Shown piece after piece: positions 24,131-58,240 of a stretch of 64,000 nt of DNA. The stretch lies in NCBI RefSeq assembly GCF_009914755.1, contig NC_060925.1, one strand, 5' to 3'. Both the position numbers and the translations under genes were made by a program. The DNA comes from the human T2T-CHM13v2.0 reference genome, Homo sapiens. Below the pieces are notes generated by a model. It saw only the letters and a list, made by a program, of their open reading frames with translations, was not told where the DNA came from and did not search any database. The stretch's first letter is position 1. Each line of letters begins with the position of its first letter.

Positions 24131-25224
24131 GATAAACAGGAATGTCTTTCTGTATTTTCTGGGGACGGTGGGAAGTGCGGTTATCTTTGCAGGGAAGCCG
24201 CCCTGTTCTGCCACTTTCCCCTGGGTGACTTTAGGCAAAGATGTCAGAGTCCCTGGTGGTCTCTGCTGGACCATTGACCCCAGCCTCCTTCCTGCTTTCC
24301 GTTCCCCAACTTTTATGAACTGGCAGTCCCCACCTCACCCCCAACCTCCTGGGGTCCCAGGAGCAGAAAACTTCTGGAGCTCAGGAGGAGAAATGCTTCT
24401 CTTACTTTCCCTCCCCAACAAACTCCTCCCTCTTTATCTTCAACAACAGTCCCTGCCCTCCGCAGCCCATTCCCAGCCCAGGGCTACTCTCTCTCTCTCT
24501 GAGGTCACACAGCCCCTCACATTTTGAAATTTCATCTGTTGGGCAGAGGTGGGGGGAGGGCTCAGATGGTGACACAGACACTGCTCTGTTCCCACCTCTT
24601 ACCCCAGGACATGGTATGGGGCTGGTGGCACTGGGAGGGGTTTGGGGAGCCCCATTAATCATTGAAGTTTGTAGGAGGGGTGGATAAGGACATGGGAGAA
24701 TGATTGGGTGAGGTGCTCCAGGGCTCTCTGGAAGGGCTGGGCCCCCCCCTTGCATCAGCCACAGTGGGGGCATTGCTCTTTTCTATGTTGGTCATGAAAT
24801 CTGGAAGAAGTGCTTTCTTATCAATAGAGAAGCATAATCAGCCTTGTTTTTGAAACTTTGGAAAACCATTTATGGCTGGGCATGGTGGTTCATGCTTGTA
24901 TTCCTAATGCTTTGGGAAGCTAAGGAAGGAGGATCACTTGAGCCCAGGAGTTTGAGACCAGCCTGGGCAACATAGTAAGACCCCCATCTCTGCAAAAAAT
25001 AAAAATAAATTAGCTGGGCCTTGTGATGCACGCCTGTAGCCCCAGCTATGTGGAAGACTGAGGTGGGAGGATTACTTGAGTCCAGGAGTTTAAGGCTGCA
25101 GTGAGCTATGGTTGCAACACTGCACTCTAGCCTGCGTGACAGAGCGAGACCCTGTCTCAAAAAAAAAAAAAAAAAGTCATTTATGTCCAGGTGAGGGTGG
25201 GGCTGGGTGAGGTGGTGGTTTTAG

Positions 25225-25623
<399 letters not shown>

Positions 25624-25884
25624 TAACCCATCAGAACCTCAGAGTCCAGTTGTAACACTGAGACAGCAATACCTACCTGTTAGTCTTGAGGATTTTGTAT
25701 ATTATCCTGTGTAAAGTGCCAGGCACATAGCAATCCATGCAGTGTCTGCAAAGGAGCTGGTGTGGAGTGGATTAGAAACAGAAGTCATGTATCATCATCC
25801 CTCTAGCCCAACACAGCGGTTGCCCATTTGGGTATCCTTTCCATTAACTTCTTTTGGATGTGCATTTTAACTTAGTTGTAATTA

Positions 25885-26100
25885 TGAGAACACATGGACA
25901 CAGGGAGGGGAACAACACACACTGGGGCTTGTGAGGGTGGGGTAGGGGGTGGGAGAGCATCAGGATAAATAGCTAATGCACGCGGGGCTTAATACCTAGG
26001 TGATGGGTTGATAGGTACAGCAAACCACCGTAGCACACGTTTACCTATGCAACAAACCTGCACGTCCTGCACATGTACCCCAGCACTTAAAATAAAAAAT
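25885..26100 (+). mobile_element. 5'-truncated L1PA (older subfamily) 3' end
   Basis: TGAGAACACATGGACACAGGGAGGGGAACAACACACACTGGGG...AACCTGCACGTCCTGCACATGTACCCC; 16-bp TSD with 2 mismatches (25869-25884 / 26101-26116). Confidence 0.9.
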
Positions 26101-26139
26101 AATTTAGTCGTAATTAGTAGGCATATGCTTTTTATCTTA

Positions 26140-27170
<1,031 letters not shown>

Positions 27171-27538
27171 AGCAGCTAGGCATGTGCTTTTGTAGTTTGC
27201 TTTTTTTCACTTAACATTGGCTCATTAACAGTTTTCCACATTGCTTCATAACCTACGCATCCTTTTTAGTGGCAGTGTAAGTGCCATTGAGCTGCTATTG
27301 GGAAGCAAGAAAAAATTACAGTCATTATACCAGTCTTAGCAAGAATTATAGTCATACCATCGTCCTTCCCACCCTTCTTGCCCAGATCCACCGGGAAAAC
27401 AGAGGAATAGCACATGGGGATACTCCTTGGTGCCTCCCAGGCTGAGCGTGGGCACACACTCGGGAAGGCAGCTGAGCCACCCCTTCATGCCTTTGTCTCC
27501 CCACTTCAGACAGCCAGCCTTTCAGTCGCCAGTTCTAC

Positions 27539-29442
<1,904 letters not shown>

Positions 29443-30325
29443 CGGTTCCATTACTTTTTTCTTTCTTCTTTTTTTTTTGAGACAGCATCTCGCTCTTTTT
29501 CCCAGGCTGGAGTGAAGTGGCAAGATCTCGGCTCACTGCCATCTCTACCTCCCGCGTCCTAGCAATTCTCCTGTCTCAGCCATCTAAGCAGCTGGGATTA
29601 CAGGTGCATGCCACCACGCCTGGCTAATTTTTGTATTTTTAGTAGAGACGGGGTTTCACCATGTTGGCCAGGCTGATCTCGAACTCCTGACCTCAGGTGA
29701 TCCACCTGCCTTGGCCTCCCGAAGTGCTGGGATGACAGGCGTGAGCCACTGCACCTGGCAGCGGTTCCATTTCTTTATCAAACTATTGCTCTGCGGAGGC
29801 TGTCTCTCTGTCCAGCCCATAGCTGGACATTATGGGCTGTACAGCGTGTTCTGTGGTCTGAAGAAATGACAGCCATCCAAACCCACACGGTGTCTTCTGT
29901 TCTGGTTTGGCTCTGGCGCTCTGAGCATTTGCACTTTCCACTGGGTAAGCAAAGCCCACTCCAAGTCAGCGTCTATTCAAGACCCAGTCGTAGTCCCCAG
30001 GGCTACCAGCCTCAGTTTCACTTGCCAGCCATGTTCAGGGCCTCCCACCAGGGAAGCTACCCCACAGCCCTGTGCAGTGTCTGTCTCTCTCACTGGCACA
30101 CAGGACAGTTCTTCCTGGCATTATGTGCCCGAGAGGGTGCGGAGGAACATGCTAGATCCAGCCCATCTCTGCACCGCTGTGGGGCCCGTATCCCCTCATT
30201 TCACGGACCCAGATGGCCATCTCAAGGGAGCATGTGGGATATCTACCTGTTGATATCTACCTGTTGATTCCTGTCACCTTCCAAACCTAGAAGGCTCTTC
30301 TGGTGGGCATTAAGAGGTCTGACTT

Positions 30326-30760
30326 TATTTACTTTATTTTTTTATTTTTATTTTTTTAATATTTTTTTATTATACTTTAAGTTCTAGGGTACATGTGCAC
30401 AACGTGCAGGTTTGTTACATATGTATACATGTGCCATGTTGGTGTGCTGCACCCATTAACTCGTTATTTACATTAGGTATATCTCCTAATGGTCTCCCTC
30501 CCCCCTCCCCCCATCCCAAAACAGGCCCTGGTGTGTGATGTTCCCCTTCCTGTGTCCAAGTGTTCTCATTGTTCAATTCCCACCTATGAGTGAGAACCTG
30601 CAGTGTTTGGTTTTTTGTCCTTGCGATAGTTTGCTGAGAATGATGGTTTCCAGCTTCATCCATGTCCCTACAAAGCACATGAACTCATCCTTTTTTATGG
30701 CTGCATAGTATTCCATGGTGTATATGTGCCACATTTTCTTAATCCAGTCTATCATTGATG
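30326..30760 (-). mobile_element. 5'-truncated young L1PA (ORF2 C-terminus + 3'UTR + poly A)
   Basis: ORF2 end IDWIKKMWHIYTMEYYAAIKKDEFM..GTWMKLETIILSKLSQGQKTKH..FSLIGGN*; 14-bp TSD AAGAGGTC(T/C)GACTT at 30312-30325 / 30761-30774. Confidence 0.95.
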
Positions 30761-30761
30761 A

Positions 30762-32937
<2,176 letters not shown>

Positions 32938-32998
32938 TGATCCACCCACCTCAGCCTCCCAAAGTGCTAGGATTACAGGCATGAGCCACCGCGCCCGG

Positions 32999-33032
<34 letters not shown>

Positions 33033-33304
33033 AGGTGGAGTCTCACTCTGTCACCGAGGCTGGAGTACAGTGGTGCAATCTCGGCTCACTGCAACCTCTG
33101 CCCCCCCAGGTTCAAGTGATTCTCCTGCCTCAGCCTCTTGAGTGGCAGGGATTACAGGCACCCACCAGGCTAATTTTTGTATTTTTGTAGAGACAGGGTT
33201 TTACTATGTTGGCCAGGCTGGTCTTGAACTCCTGAGCTCAAGTGAACCACCTGCCCTGGCCTCCCAAGTGCTGGGATTACAGGTATGAGCCACCATGCCT
33301 GGCC

Positions 33305-33385
33305 GTATTCAAAGATTTTCTGATTGGCAACTCGTTGAAAGAGTTAAGCTTTGTCTTGAAATCAGTAGAAATAAATGCTTGAGGT
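33305..33385 (-). mobile_element. MER4-family LTR fragment
   Basis: ATTCAAAGATTTTCTGATTGGCAACTCGTTGAAAGAGTTAAGCTTTGTCT...CAGTAGAAATAAATGCTTGAG. Confidence 0.65.
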
Positions 33386-33471
33386 CAGGTGTAGTGGCTC
33401 ACACCTGAATTCGAGACCAACCTGGGCAACATAGTGAGACCCTCCCCCATCTCTACAAAATTCTTTTTTAA

Positions 33472-33873
<402 letters not shown>

Positions 33874-34147
33874 TAATCTGCTCGCCTCTGCCTCCCAAAG
33901 TGCTAGCATTACAGGCATGAGCCACTGCGCCCAGCCAAAAATTGTTTTTAAAAATTAGCTGGGCACAGTGGCATGCACCTGTAATCCCAGCTACTTGGGA
34001 GGCTGAGGCGAGAGGATTGCTTGAGCCCAGGAATTCAAGGTTGCCAAGGGTGATGATCACACCATTGAACTCCAGCCTGGGTGACCAATTTATCCCAGTG
34101 ACATATAATAGTTTCATAACATCCTTGCCAGCATTGAATAATATTGA

Positions 34148-34354
<207 letters not shown>

Positions 34355-35214
34355 TAGCCAGGATAGTCTCCATCTCCTGAACTCGTGATCTGCCCGCCTC
34401 GGCCTCCGAAAGTGCTAGGATTACAGGCGTGAGCCACCGTGCCCGGCCGAAATAATGTTTTGCTAATAGGCTCAGAGGTAATTATTTAAAACATATCTTT
34501 CTTTTCTTTTTCTTTTTTTTTTTTTTTGAGATAGGGTCTCACTCTGTCGCCCACACTGGAGTGCACTGGAGCAATCACAGCTTATTGCAGCCCCGACCTC
34601 CTGGGCTCAAGTGATCCTCCCACCTTAGCCTCCCAAGTAGCTGGGACTACAGGTGCTGCCACCATGCCTGGCTAATTTTTGTTTTTTTTTTTTTTTTTTT
34701 TTTTTTAGTAAAGACAGGGTTTCGCCATGTTGCCCATGATGGTCTGGAACTCCTGGGCTCAAGTGATCTTCCCGCCTTCGCCTCCCAAAGTGCTGGGATT
34801 ACAGGAGTGAGCCACCACGCCTGGTGTAAAACCTAGTTCTTTTATTGCCAATGAGTTTAAATAGCTTTCTTTCTCTTTACTGGCTGGATGTATAGCATGA
34901 GGTCTGCACTTCCTTAGTTGTCCAGTGAACCAACTCCCCGGGAGTTGGATTCATCTTGAAATTCAGTAATGCAGTAGTTAAACCCATGAACTCTAGTGGT
35001 GGGCAGATTCAGATTCAAACCGTAGCTCTTCCACTTCCCAGCTGTGTGACTCTGAGGTGCCTACTTAACTTCTCTGATCCTCTATTTCCTTGTCTGTAAA
35101 ATGAACCTTAATGGGCCCATTCCTAGGTTTGTCTGAAGGATTAAATAAGGTAAATAGATAATGAACATCACCTTCCACATAGTTGATGCTCTGTAAATAT
35201 TAGCTGTTCTTATT

Positions 35215-35412
35215 CTTTTTTTTTTTTTTGGTTTGGCAAATACTTTATTTTTATTTTTATTTCAGTAGTTTTTGGGGTACAGGTGGTTTTTAGTTATACG
35301 AGTAAGTTCTTTAGTGGTGATTTCTGAGATTCTGATGCACCCGTCACCCAAGCAGTGTACACTGTACCAAATGTGTAGTCTTTTATCCCTCACCCTCTCC
35401 CATGCTTCCCCT
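35215..35412 (-). mobile_element. L1PB-like 3' end
   Basis: TTTTTGGGGTACAGGTGGTTTTTAGTTA...AAGTTCTTTAGTGGTGATTTCTGAGATT...GCAGTGTACACTGTACC. Confidence 0.85.
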
Positions 35413-36148
35413 CATTCTTATTATATATTAATATAAATTAACAAGTCTCTGTTCTCCCTCAAGATTGATTTTGTTTTAATCTATAGCAGATTGATTTTTC
35501 TGCCTTAGAGGTAGATGGTCCCAGAAGGGGAGCTGACAACCTCTTTCTGTCCAAATAGACTGTGTCCTCGGCTGGCTGACTGGATCTGGGTGTGAGCCTC
35601 CCTGAGCAAGCCGGTGAACCTCTCCCATGTGGTCTTAGCTCCCTGAGCAGATGAGTAGGGGCTGACGGGGCTGTGTCTCCAGGACTCTGAGTCTGCTGTG
35701 GTCCTGCAGCCTCTGGAGCATGGAAATGGGGGCTAAGGACTCACTAATGGTTTCATTCAAGTCCAGAATTTGTCTTGGTGACTGTTCGCTGCTCACATCC
35801 AGATGACCCTATATGCTGTTTGGGAAACTGAGGCAGCCAGGTGGATTCCTCAGGTATTTCAGGGGACAGAATCTGGGGCTTTGACTCCAGCTTGGGTTGC
35901 TGCCCATAATGCCTGCTCTTGAAACCTTTTAATTATTTTTATTTCTAATTAACTTTTTTTGAGACAAGGTCTTGCTCTGTCACCCAGGGTGCAGTGCAGT
36001 GGAGCTATCATAGCTCATTGCAGCCTCAGTCTCCTGGGTTCAAGTGATCCGCCCACCTAGTAGTTGGGACAACAGGCATATGCCACCACACCCGGGTAAT
36101 TTTTGTAGCTTTTTGTAGAGATGGAGGTCTCCTTTTGTTGCCCAGGCT

Positions 36149-36313
36149 TATTCTGAGTCAACATGAGTGACCATGGCCCAAGAAACAGTCTCAAGAGGTC
36201 CTGAGAAAGTGTGCCCAAGACGATTGGGTTACAGTTTGGTTTTATGCATTTTAGGAAGACAGGAATTGTAGGTAAAATCATAAATCAGTACATGAAAAGT
36301 ATACATTGGTTCA
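36149..36313 (-). mobile_element. MER4-family LTR fragment embedded in Alu 35955-36395(-)
   Basis: GTCTCAAGAGGTCCTGAGAAAGTGTGCCCAAG..GGGTTACAGTTTGGTTTTATGCATTTTAGGAAGACA..TACATTGGTTCA. Confidence 0.7.
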
Positions 36314-36667
36314 GGTCTCAAACTCCTGGGCTCAAGCGATCTTCCTGCCTCGGCCTCGCAAAGTACTGGGATTACGGGCATGAGCCTGCGCCAGACCTCT
36401 TAAACCCTTCAGAGTGGCCTTGGCATTCGTTTTGAGGGGGCTTCAGGGAGCCTTAAGGGAGGAGAGGAAAGTCACGCAAACAGGGTGTGCTTGATGCCTG
36501 CATTTTCCTCTTTACTGCTGACCTGCTGTTGAGGAGGAAGTTAAGAACATCAGGATATTGGTCTCAAATGAACTACTTCATGAGAATTTTCTTCTAGGAG
36601 GAAAAACAAAAACCTCAACTTTCTCGTTACACATCCTTCTAAAAAAGTCCATTAAAAATGTTTCTTG

Positions 36668-47425
<10,758 letters not shown>

Positions 47426-47571
47426 ATTGCCTTTAGAAACCTGTCTGCCTCATACCATTACAGAGGAGCTGTTGTTTGTACTGACCATTTAGTCCATCAC
47501 AGGTATTGATGGAGCCTCTAAGCATGGAATAGTGCTGGCCCCACAGCAGGAACGCGGCAGCCATGGGTGGC

Positions 47572-48600
<1,029 letters not shown>

Positions 48601-48624
48601 AAGTAACTGAATGTAGTTTCATAT

Positions 48625-48736
48625 GGAGAGTGATCCAGCTTGTTCTGGAAGGGACTGCAGTCTCCCCGGGACTTAGCTTTGGAGAATGAGCCAGCTTGTT
48701 CTGGAAGGGATTTCAGTCTGCCCAGGACTTAGCTTT
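48625..48736 (+). repeat. 56-bp tandem duplication (2 copies, 6 mismatches)
   Basis: 48625-48680 vs 48681-48736 aligned by eye. Confidence 0.95.
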
Positions 48737-48780
48737 GGACCAGCTATGAGTTCTCTGTGATGAAATCTCAGCTTTTCCCA

Positions 48781-53427
<4,647 letters not shown>

Positions 53428-54108
53428 TACTCTGATATTTAACAGTGGTAAAATTCATTTATCCACTAAATGACTTTATTTATACTCTCACTTAATTTCA
53501 GAAAGGACTGAAGGTACCTGAGCTGTGAACAAAGAATCAGAGACTGGTTTTTCCTCCATCTCTGCCACTAACTAGTTGTGCCACCTGGGGCAAGTCACTT
53601 GGTCTCCTTGTGTCTGTTATCCATGTGTGAGAGCCAATACTTAATATGAGTGCCAGGCACTGTTCTAGAGATTTTCCATGCATCTGTATTCACTCTTTTA
53701 ATTCTTCTCTACACAATTTATTAAGGTCTCTATCTTTTTAGAGTTTGTCAGGGCAGTTCCAGTTCATCGTGGCAATACAAGAAAGTCACTTTTGGGGGCT
53801 TTTGCCATTTCAAAGAATCTTGGATTTTTCTCTGGGCTCCAGAGACACCCGTGCCTGACACCCCCAATTTGAACCCCCAGCGGATCATTGGGTTCCATTG
53901 CTGATGGGGACCTTGTGTTTGAGCTTGACTTTCCCTCCATCCATGCTGGAGATAAACGGAAGTCTTCGCGCAGGGGGACGATTGCAGGACGGGGCCGCTA
54001 GGGAGGAGGGCTCCCACACGTGGGGAATGGGGGTGGAGGAACCGCTGAAGCTCGTCTGCCCTTTGGAAAATCTCGTTGGTGTCCTAGCCCTGGGATCATT
54101 GTACTTAC

Positions 54109-54330
54109 CAGGTTGGGGGGCTCTGCACCCAGAACTCCTCCCAGCCTCTGTCTGCCCGTCCAAGGTCCGGCGTGACTTCCGGTGGCTGATTTCTCATCTT
54201 GGGGAAATCCCCGCCCTGGGGGGGTCCGGTGTGGCCTGCAGGGAGCCTGACTCACCCGTCGGCTGAGTCAGGGGGTCCCAGCTGCCCTCGGATGTCTGCT
54301 GCACCGCTCCCCTCCCTCAGGCGGGGGACG
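54109..54330 (-). ncRNA. PIK3CD-AS2: Candidate first exon of PIK3CD antisense RNA 2
   Basis: Strong minus-strand donor CTG|GTAAGT (+ strand ACTTAC 54103-54108) downstream of the GC-box promoter; position fits my recollection of PIK3CD-AS2. Downstream exons not resolved. Confidence 0.5.
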
Positions 54331-55060
54331 GCAGGAAGGAGGGAGAGATGGGAGGGCGTGGGGGCGGGGCCGGGGGCGGTCTCCAGCCCCCGGCCCGGGC
54401 TCCGCCCTCTCCCGGGATCTGTGAAAGCACAGCCAGGGTGCGGGCGGGTGAGTGCCCACCTGGTGCAGGGTGTGAAGAGCGAGAGCGCGTGTATGAGCAC
54501 GAGCGTCTGTGGTCTCTGTGTGTCCGTTTACATGATTGCGCCTGTGTCTGTGTGTGCGCATCTGCATGCGTGTCTTTTTGAGTGAATGTCTGTGTGTGAC
54601 TTCTAGGGACGGCCAGGGAAGAGGAGTGTCCCCTCCCACCCTGGCCCCCCGTCTTCTCATCCTGGACTCCCTCTCTTCTCTCTCCTCCTTGGGGGGTGCT
54701 CTGGGCATCCGGGACCCCTGGCAAGGCTGCCGGGTGCTGGGAGGACGCAGAGGCCGCCGAGGGCGGAGGGAAGCGTCAGGCCTGGCTGCGCGCGCCCTGG
54801 CTAGGGAGCTCCGAGTCCCGGCCGCCTGGTCCTTTCATTCTGGGCTTCTTCGAGATTCTCGAGGGCTTCCAGCCGGCAGTGTTTTCTCCTTGCCGTCTTC
54901 TCAGGCACGAGGAAGGCTCCTGGAGCTCATCTGCCTGGGATGGGCGGCCCTGCCTTGACCTCACGTGCAGCAATTAGGACCACCAAGGAGTGTTCTTCAA
55001 ACCACCTTCTACCACCCCGCGGGACACGCCAGGGCTGATTCTGGTGCTCGCACCCCGCTT
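54150..55060. promoter_or_regulatory. CpG-rich internal, probably bidirectional promoter (PIK3CD alternative first exon / PIK3CD-AS2)
   Basis: CpG-rich, GC boxes 54361-54379, ETS ACTTCCGGT 54175-54183, kB GGGGAAATCCCC 54201-54212, two AP-1 sites 54248-54254 and 54264-54270, outward-facing splice donors on both strands. Confidence 0.75.
54390..54447 (+). other. PIK3CD: Candidate alternative non-coding first exon of PIK3CD (likely the cytokine-inducible promoter exon)
   Basis: Consensus donor CGG|GTGAGT at 54448 just downstream of GC boxes and kB/AP-1 sites; start approximate. Confidence 0.55.
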
Positions 55061-55799
55061 CCTCCTCTGCGTTCCCCTGTGGCAAAGGTTTGTCTTGGGC
55101 TGTGGACCCGAAAGAATATTCTAAGGGGAGATGGGCTCTTGCAGAGCAAGAGGGGTATGGTTTCAGCACCAAACTAAACTGGTGCCAGCGCTAGCTCTGC
55201 CCAAGAGGCTGTGCAGACAGTGTTTGTGTGAGTACGTGAGGGTGAGAGTCCCTGCCCGCCTAGCTTCGGCTTCCCCACTTACAACCAAGGGAGAACAACA
55301 TCTATCTTACAGTGTAGATGCCTGGATAAAAACTGGAGCGCCTGGCCGAGCACTTTGGGAGGCTGACGCGGTAGGATGGCTTGAGCCCAGGAGTTCGAGA
55401 CCAGCGTAGGCAACATAGTTAGACCCCCGCCTCTACAAAAAATTTTAAAAAATTAGCTGAGTGAGGTGGTGCGCACTTGAGGTCTCAGCTACACGGGAGG
55501 CTGGGGTGAGAGGATCGATTGAGCCAGAGAGGTAGAGGCTACAGTGAGCTATGATCGCACCACTGCACCCCAGCCAGGGCAACAGAGCAAGACCCTGTCT
55601 CAAAAACAAAAACACTGGAGCGCCCAGAGTTTTTTTTAAGTGCGGGACAAGGATTGTCTCGGTGTTGTTACTGCACGCACACCGCCCGTTGTAATGGATA
55701 GATGCATTAGTGAAAGTGCTAGGTACACTCATTTATTTTCTAAATCTCACATATAAGGGAACCCCCGATGGAAAGGCCCATCAGCTAGGGAACAGCCAG

Positions 55800-57050
55800 C
55801 AGGCTGGATTTGAGCCCAGAGCCCGGGCTGGCCAATTACTCGAGTGAGTCTGGCTCCGGCTCTGTGACCTGGGTCCAGTACCCCGCCCTTTCTGCGGATG
55901 CCTTGCAAAGCGGGGAGCGGAAAGCAGTTTGGTGGACGACCAGCCCTCCCTTGCTTTGCAGGTGGCGCTTTCTATTTATTGATTGTAAGGTGAAACCTAG
56001 GCCAGAGCCAGCGTGCGCGCGCCGTCGGGGTCCCGCGGCTGCTCTGGGGCTCAGGGTGCGAACCCCAAGGGCCCCGCCTGGCAGCGTCCTGGGCCTCCGG
56101 GCGAGAACAGCGGGGGTCGGGGAGGATTTGCAGCGTCCACTCCTCTCTCCGCCGCCCGTGTGAGCTCGGGCGCTTCTCCCGGCTGGGGGTGTGAGAATTT
56201 GCCGACGGTGCCCGCGCCGCCGCCGGCCCCGGCCCCGCCCCAGCCCCGAGGACGCCCCGCCCCCAGCCGGCGCCCCGCCCCGCCTGCCAGTAGTCCCAGC
56301 CCCGCCCCGGGCCGCGCCCCTCCGCCGAGCCCCGCTTGCCTGCACCTCGCGCGGCGGGCCTGCCCTCCGGCCCCCGCCGGCCCCGCGCCGCTGCCCGGAG
56401 GCTGGCGTCTTCCCGTCACTCCGGGACCCGCCCGCTGTGTCCCCTGGGCAACTGTCTCCAGGGAGATCGGGCCCCGCCCCCGGCAGCGACACCCGGTACG
56501 GAGCCCACCTGTGCGGGCGTCTGCGGGGTCCCCGTGCCCCGCCCCCAGCCCCGCCGGGCGTCCCACCCCGCCCAGCCCCGGGCTTTGTCCGCCTGGGGCG
56601 GGGTGGGCAGGGTCGGTGGAGGCGATCAGGGGTCCGGGGCCGTGGGGGCTTGGGGGGCCGAGGCAGGGGGTTGCGTTCGCGGTGGGATTCTCAGCTATGG
56701 GCCGCGCGACGCTCTCCTCTCCTAATCTGGTTGCTTCCTTTTGTGCCCCCCGGGGGTCAGGAATCCCAGGTTTCTCCGCTGCCGCCCTTGATGGGATCCG
56801 TGAGGCCTCCAGCGGGCTTCGCACGAGGACGCGCCTGTTCGGGGCAGGCTGTTTACTTGTCGGGGACCCAGCAGTGGCTGTGCGCGTCCTCCCCTCCCCC
56901 TGCCCCCTATTCGGGACGGAGCCTCCTGCGCTCTGTCCCTCCCGAGCTGTGCCCTTGAGCCCAAGGGGGCTAGAGGGTGGCAGACCCAGATCCTGAGGTC
57001 CTGCGGCTTCCTCCCCGGGGGAGCGCCTTCTCCCTGGCCGCCCTCTTGTG
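55800..57050. promoter_or_regulatory. CpG island with multiple Sp/KLF GC boxes (alternative PIK3CD promoter)
   Basis: Extreme GC/CpG content; repeated CCCCGCCCC at ~56233, 56255, 56273, 56472, 56537. Confidence 0.85.
56390..56495 (+). other. PIK3CD: Candidate alternative non-coding first exon of PIK3CD
   Basis: Donor-like CCG|GTACGG at 56496 after the GC-box array, 1.75 kb upstream of the 58241 acceptor; start approximate. Confidence 0.4.
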
Positions 57051-58207
57051 GATTTTGTCCTGGCTCCTTATTTCCTGACCCGAATTCCTGAGGATGAATT
57101 CTCTCCTTCTCTTCCTTCTCGGCTCCCTCTGCTTTTGGCTTTGTTTTTCCTGTTTTGAAAGGGCTTTCCTTATGATCCTGTCTCATTTCCCTGTGCCAGA
57201 GCTACTATAATTTGTCGTGGTAACGGGTATTGGCCAGTCACTTAATTGGTCAGCAATGGAAGGGATTTCTTCCTTAGCCTTTGGTGCTGACCTCCTGTTT
57301 CTCTGGTGGCAGTGCCTTGCGAAGTGCTTGCCACTGTCCCCTGGATTTTGAGGGAAGGGAGCATCCGAGCCCGCATGCCTGGGCTCCCGCAGCAGGGTCC
57401 CCGGAGCATCTTTGCAGGGATAGAGGCCGCAGGGAGGACTCCAGCTTGGTCCTTGGGAGATGTGTTCCTGCAACCCATGCCTTTTCCAGCGGGTTCCTAG
57501 GGCTCTGCTGTTTGACTCATGGAGAAGCCGGTGGTTTTGGTGTTGTGCTAAATCGAAGCCCACCTAGTGGGCTCTGGGCCGAAGGCTCCCAGCTGTGGAG
57601 GTAGCTATGCCCAGGGCCTGGGGTTGGGAGAAGGGGTTGGGTCTTTAGACTGGGCTGGAGCTCTAGTGTCTTTTTTCCCTCTTTGGGGTTCTGTTATTTC
57701 CTGGAGCGGCTGAGGTGGGGGAAGAAGCACCACAGATGCAAGGAGTGGGCGGCCCCTCCCCTCACACTCTTCCTTTTTATCTCCAGCCCAATAGGGCATG
57801 AATTTTCCTTTAGACCTGGGCCTTGAAAACAGATCCACATGGGGAATAAAGATTTCAAGTTCACCAACCTGCTTTTTGCATCCATCGAATGGAACTCGAA
57901 CCCAGGCTTGGCTCAGATCAATTACTTTGCTTTCAAAAAACCAAACAAAACCAACAAACAGCTCTAAAAACGATCTGAGTCATCTGAGTGCACATTCCTG
58001 CTCCAGGCACTGGAAATGCTCCTGTGGTTGGTTTCAGTACCACCAAAGGGAGCTGGGGGTGGCATTGACGCAGATGGCAAGAAAGGCCGATCAAGTGGAA
58101 TGTGATTGGTTTGCAAAAAGGAGAGACCTAGATGAAGCAGTTGATTTTGAGCTAACGTCCTGTAAGAGAATGCACAGGTTTCTGAAATTCTCTCTTGTTA
58201 AAATAGT

Positions 58208-58227
58208 TTTCTTTCTTTCTTTCTTTC
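58208..58227 (+). repeat. (TTTC)5 microsatellite forming the polypyrimidine tract of the 58241 exon
   Basis: Directly visible. Confidence 0.9.
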
Positions 58228-58240
58228 TTTTCCCCAACAG

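Noticed and set aside
30573-30755. 60-aa ORF resembling a reverse-transcriptase-protein C-terminus
   Set aside because: It is the end of L1 ORF2 in a 5'-truncated 435-bp insertion; not an active element
48625-48736. Direct repeats considered as a CRISPR-like or minisatellite array
   Set aside because: Only two abutting units with no spacers, in human DNA; a simple tandem duplication
55836-56996. Long overlapping ORFs (218-327 aa) on both strands
   Set aside because: Stop-codon scarcity in a GC-rich CpG island; low-complexity P/A/G/R products, non-ATG starts
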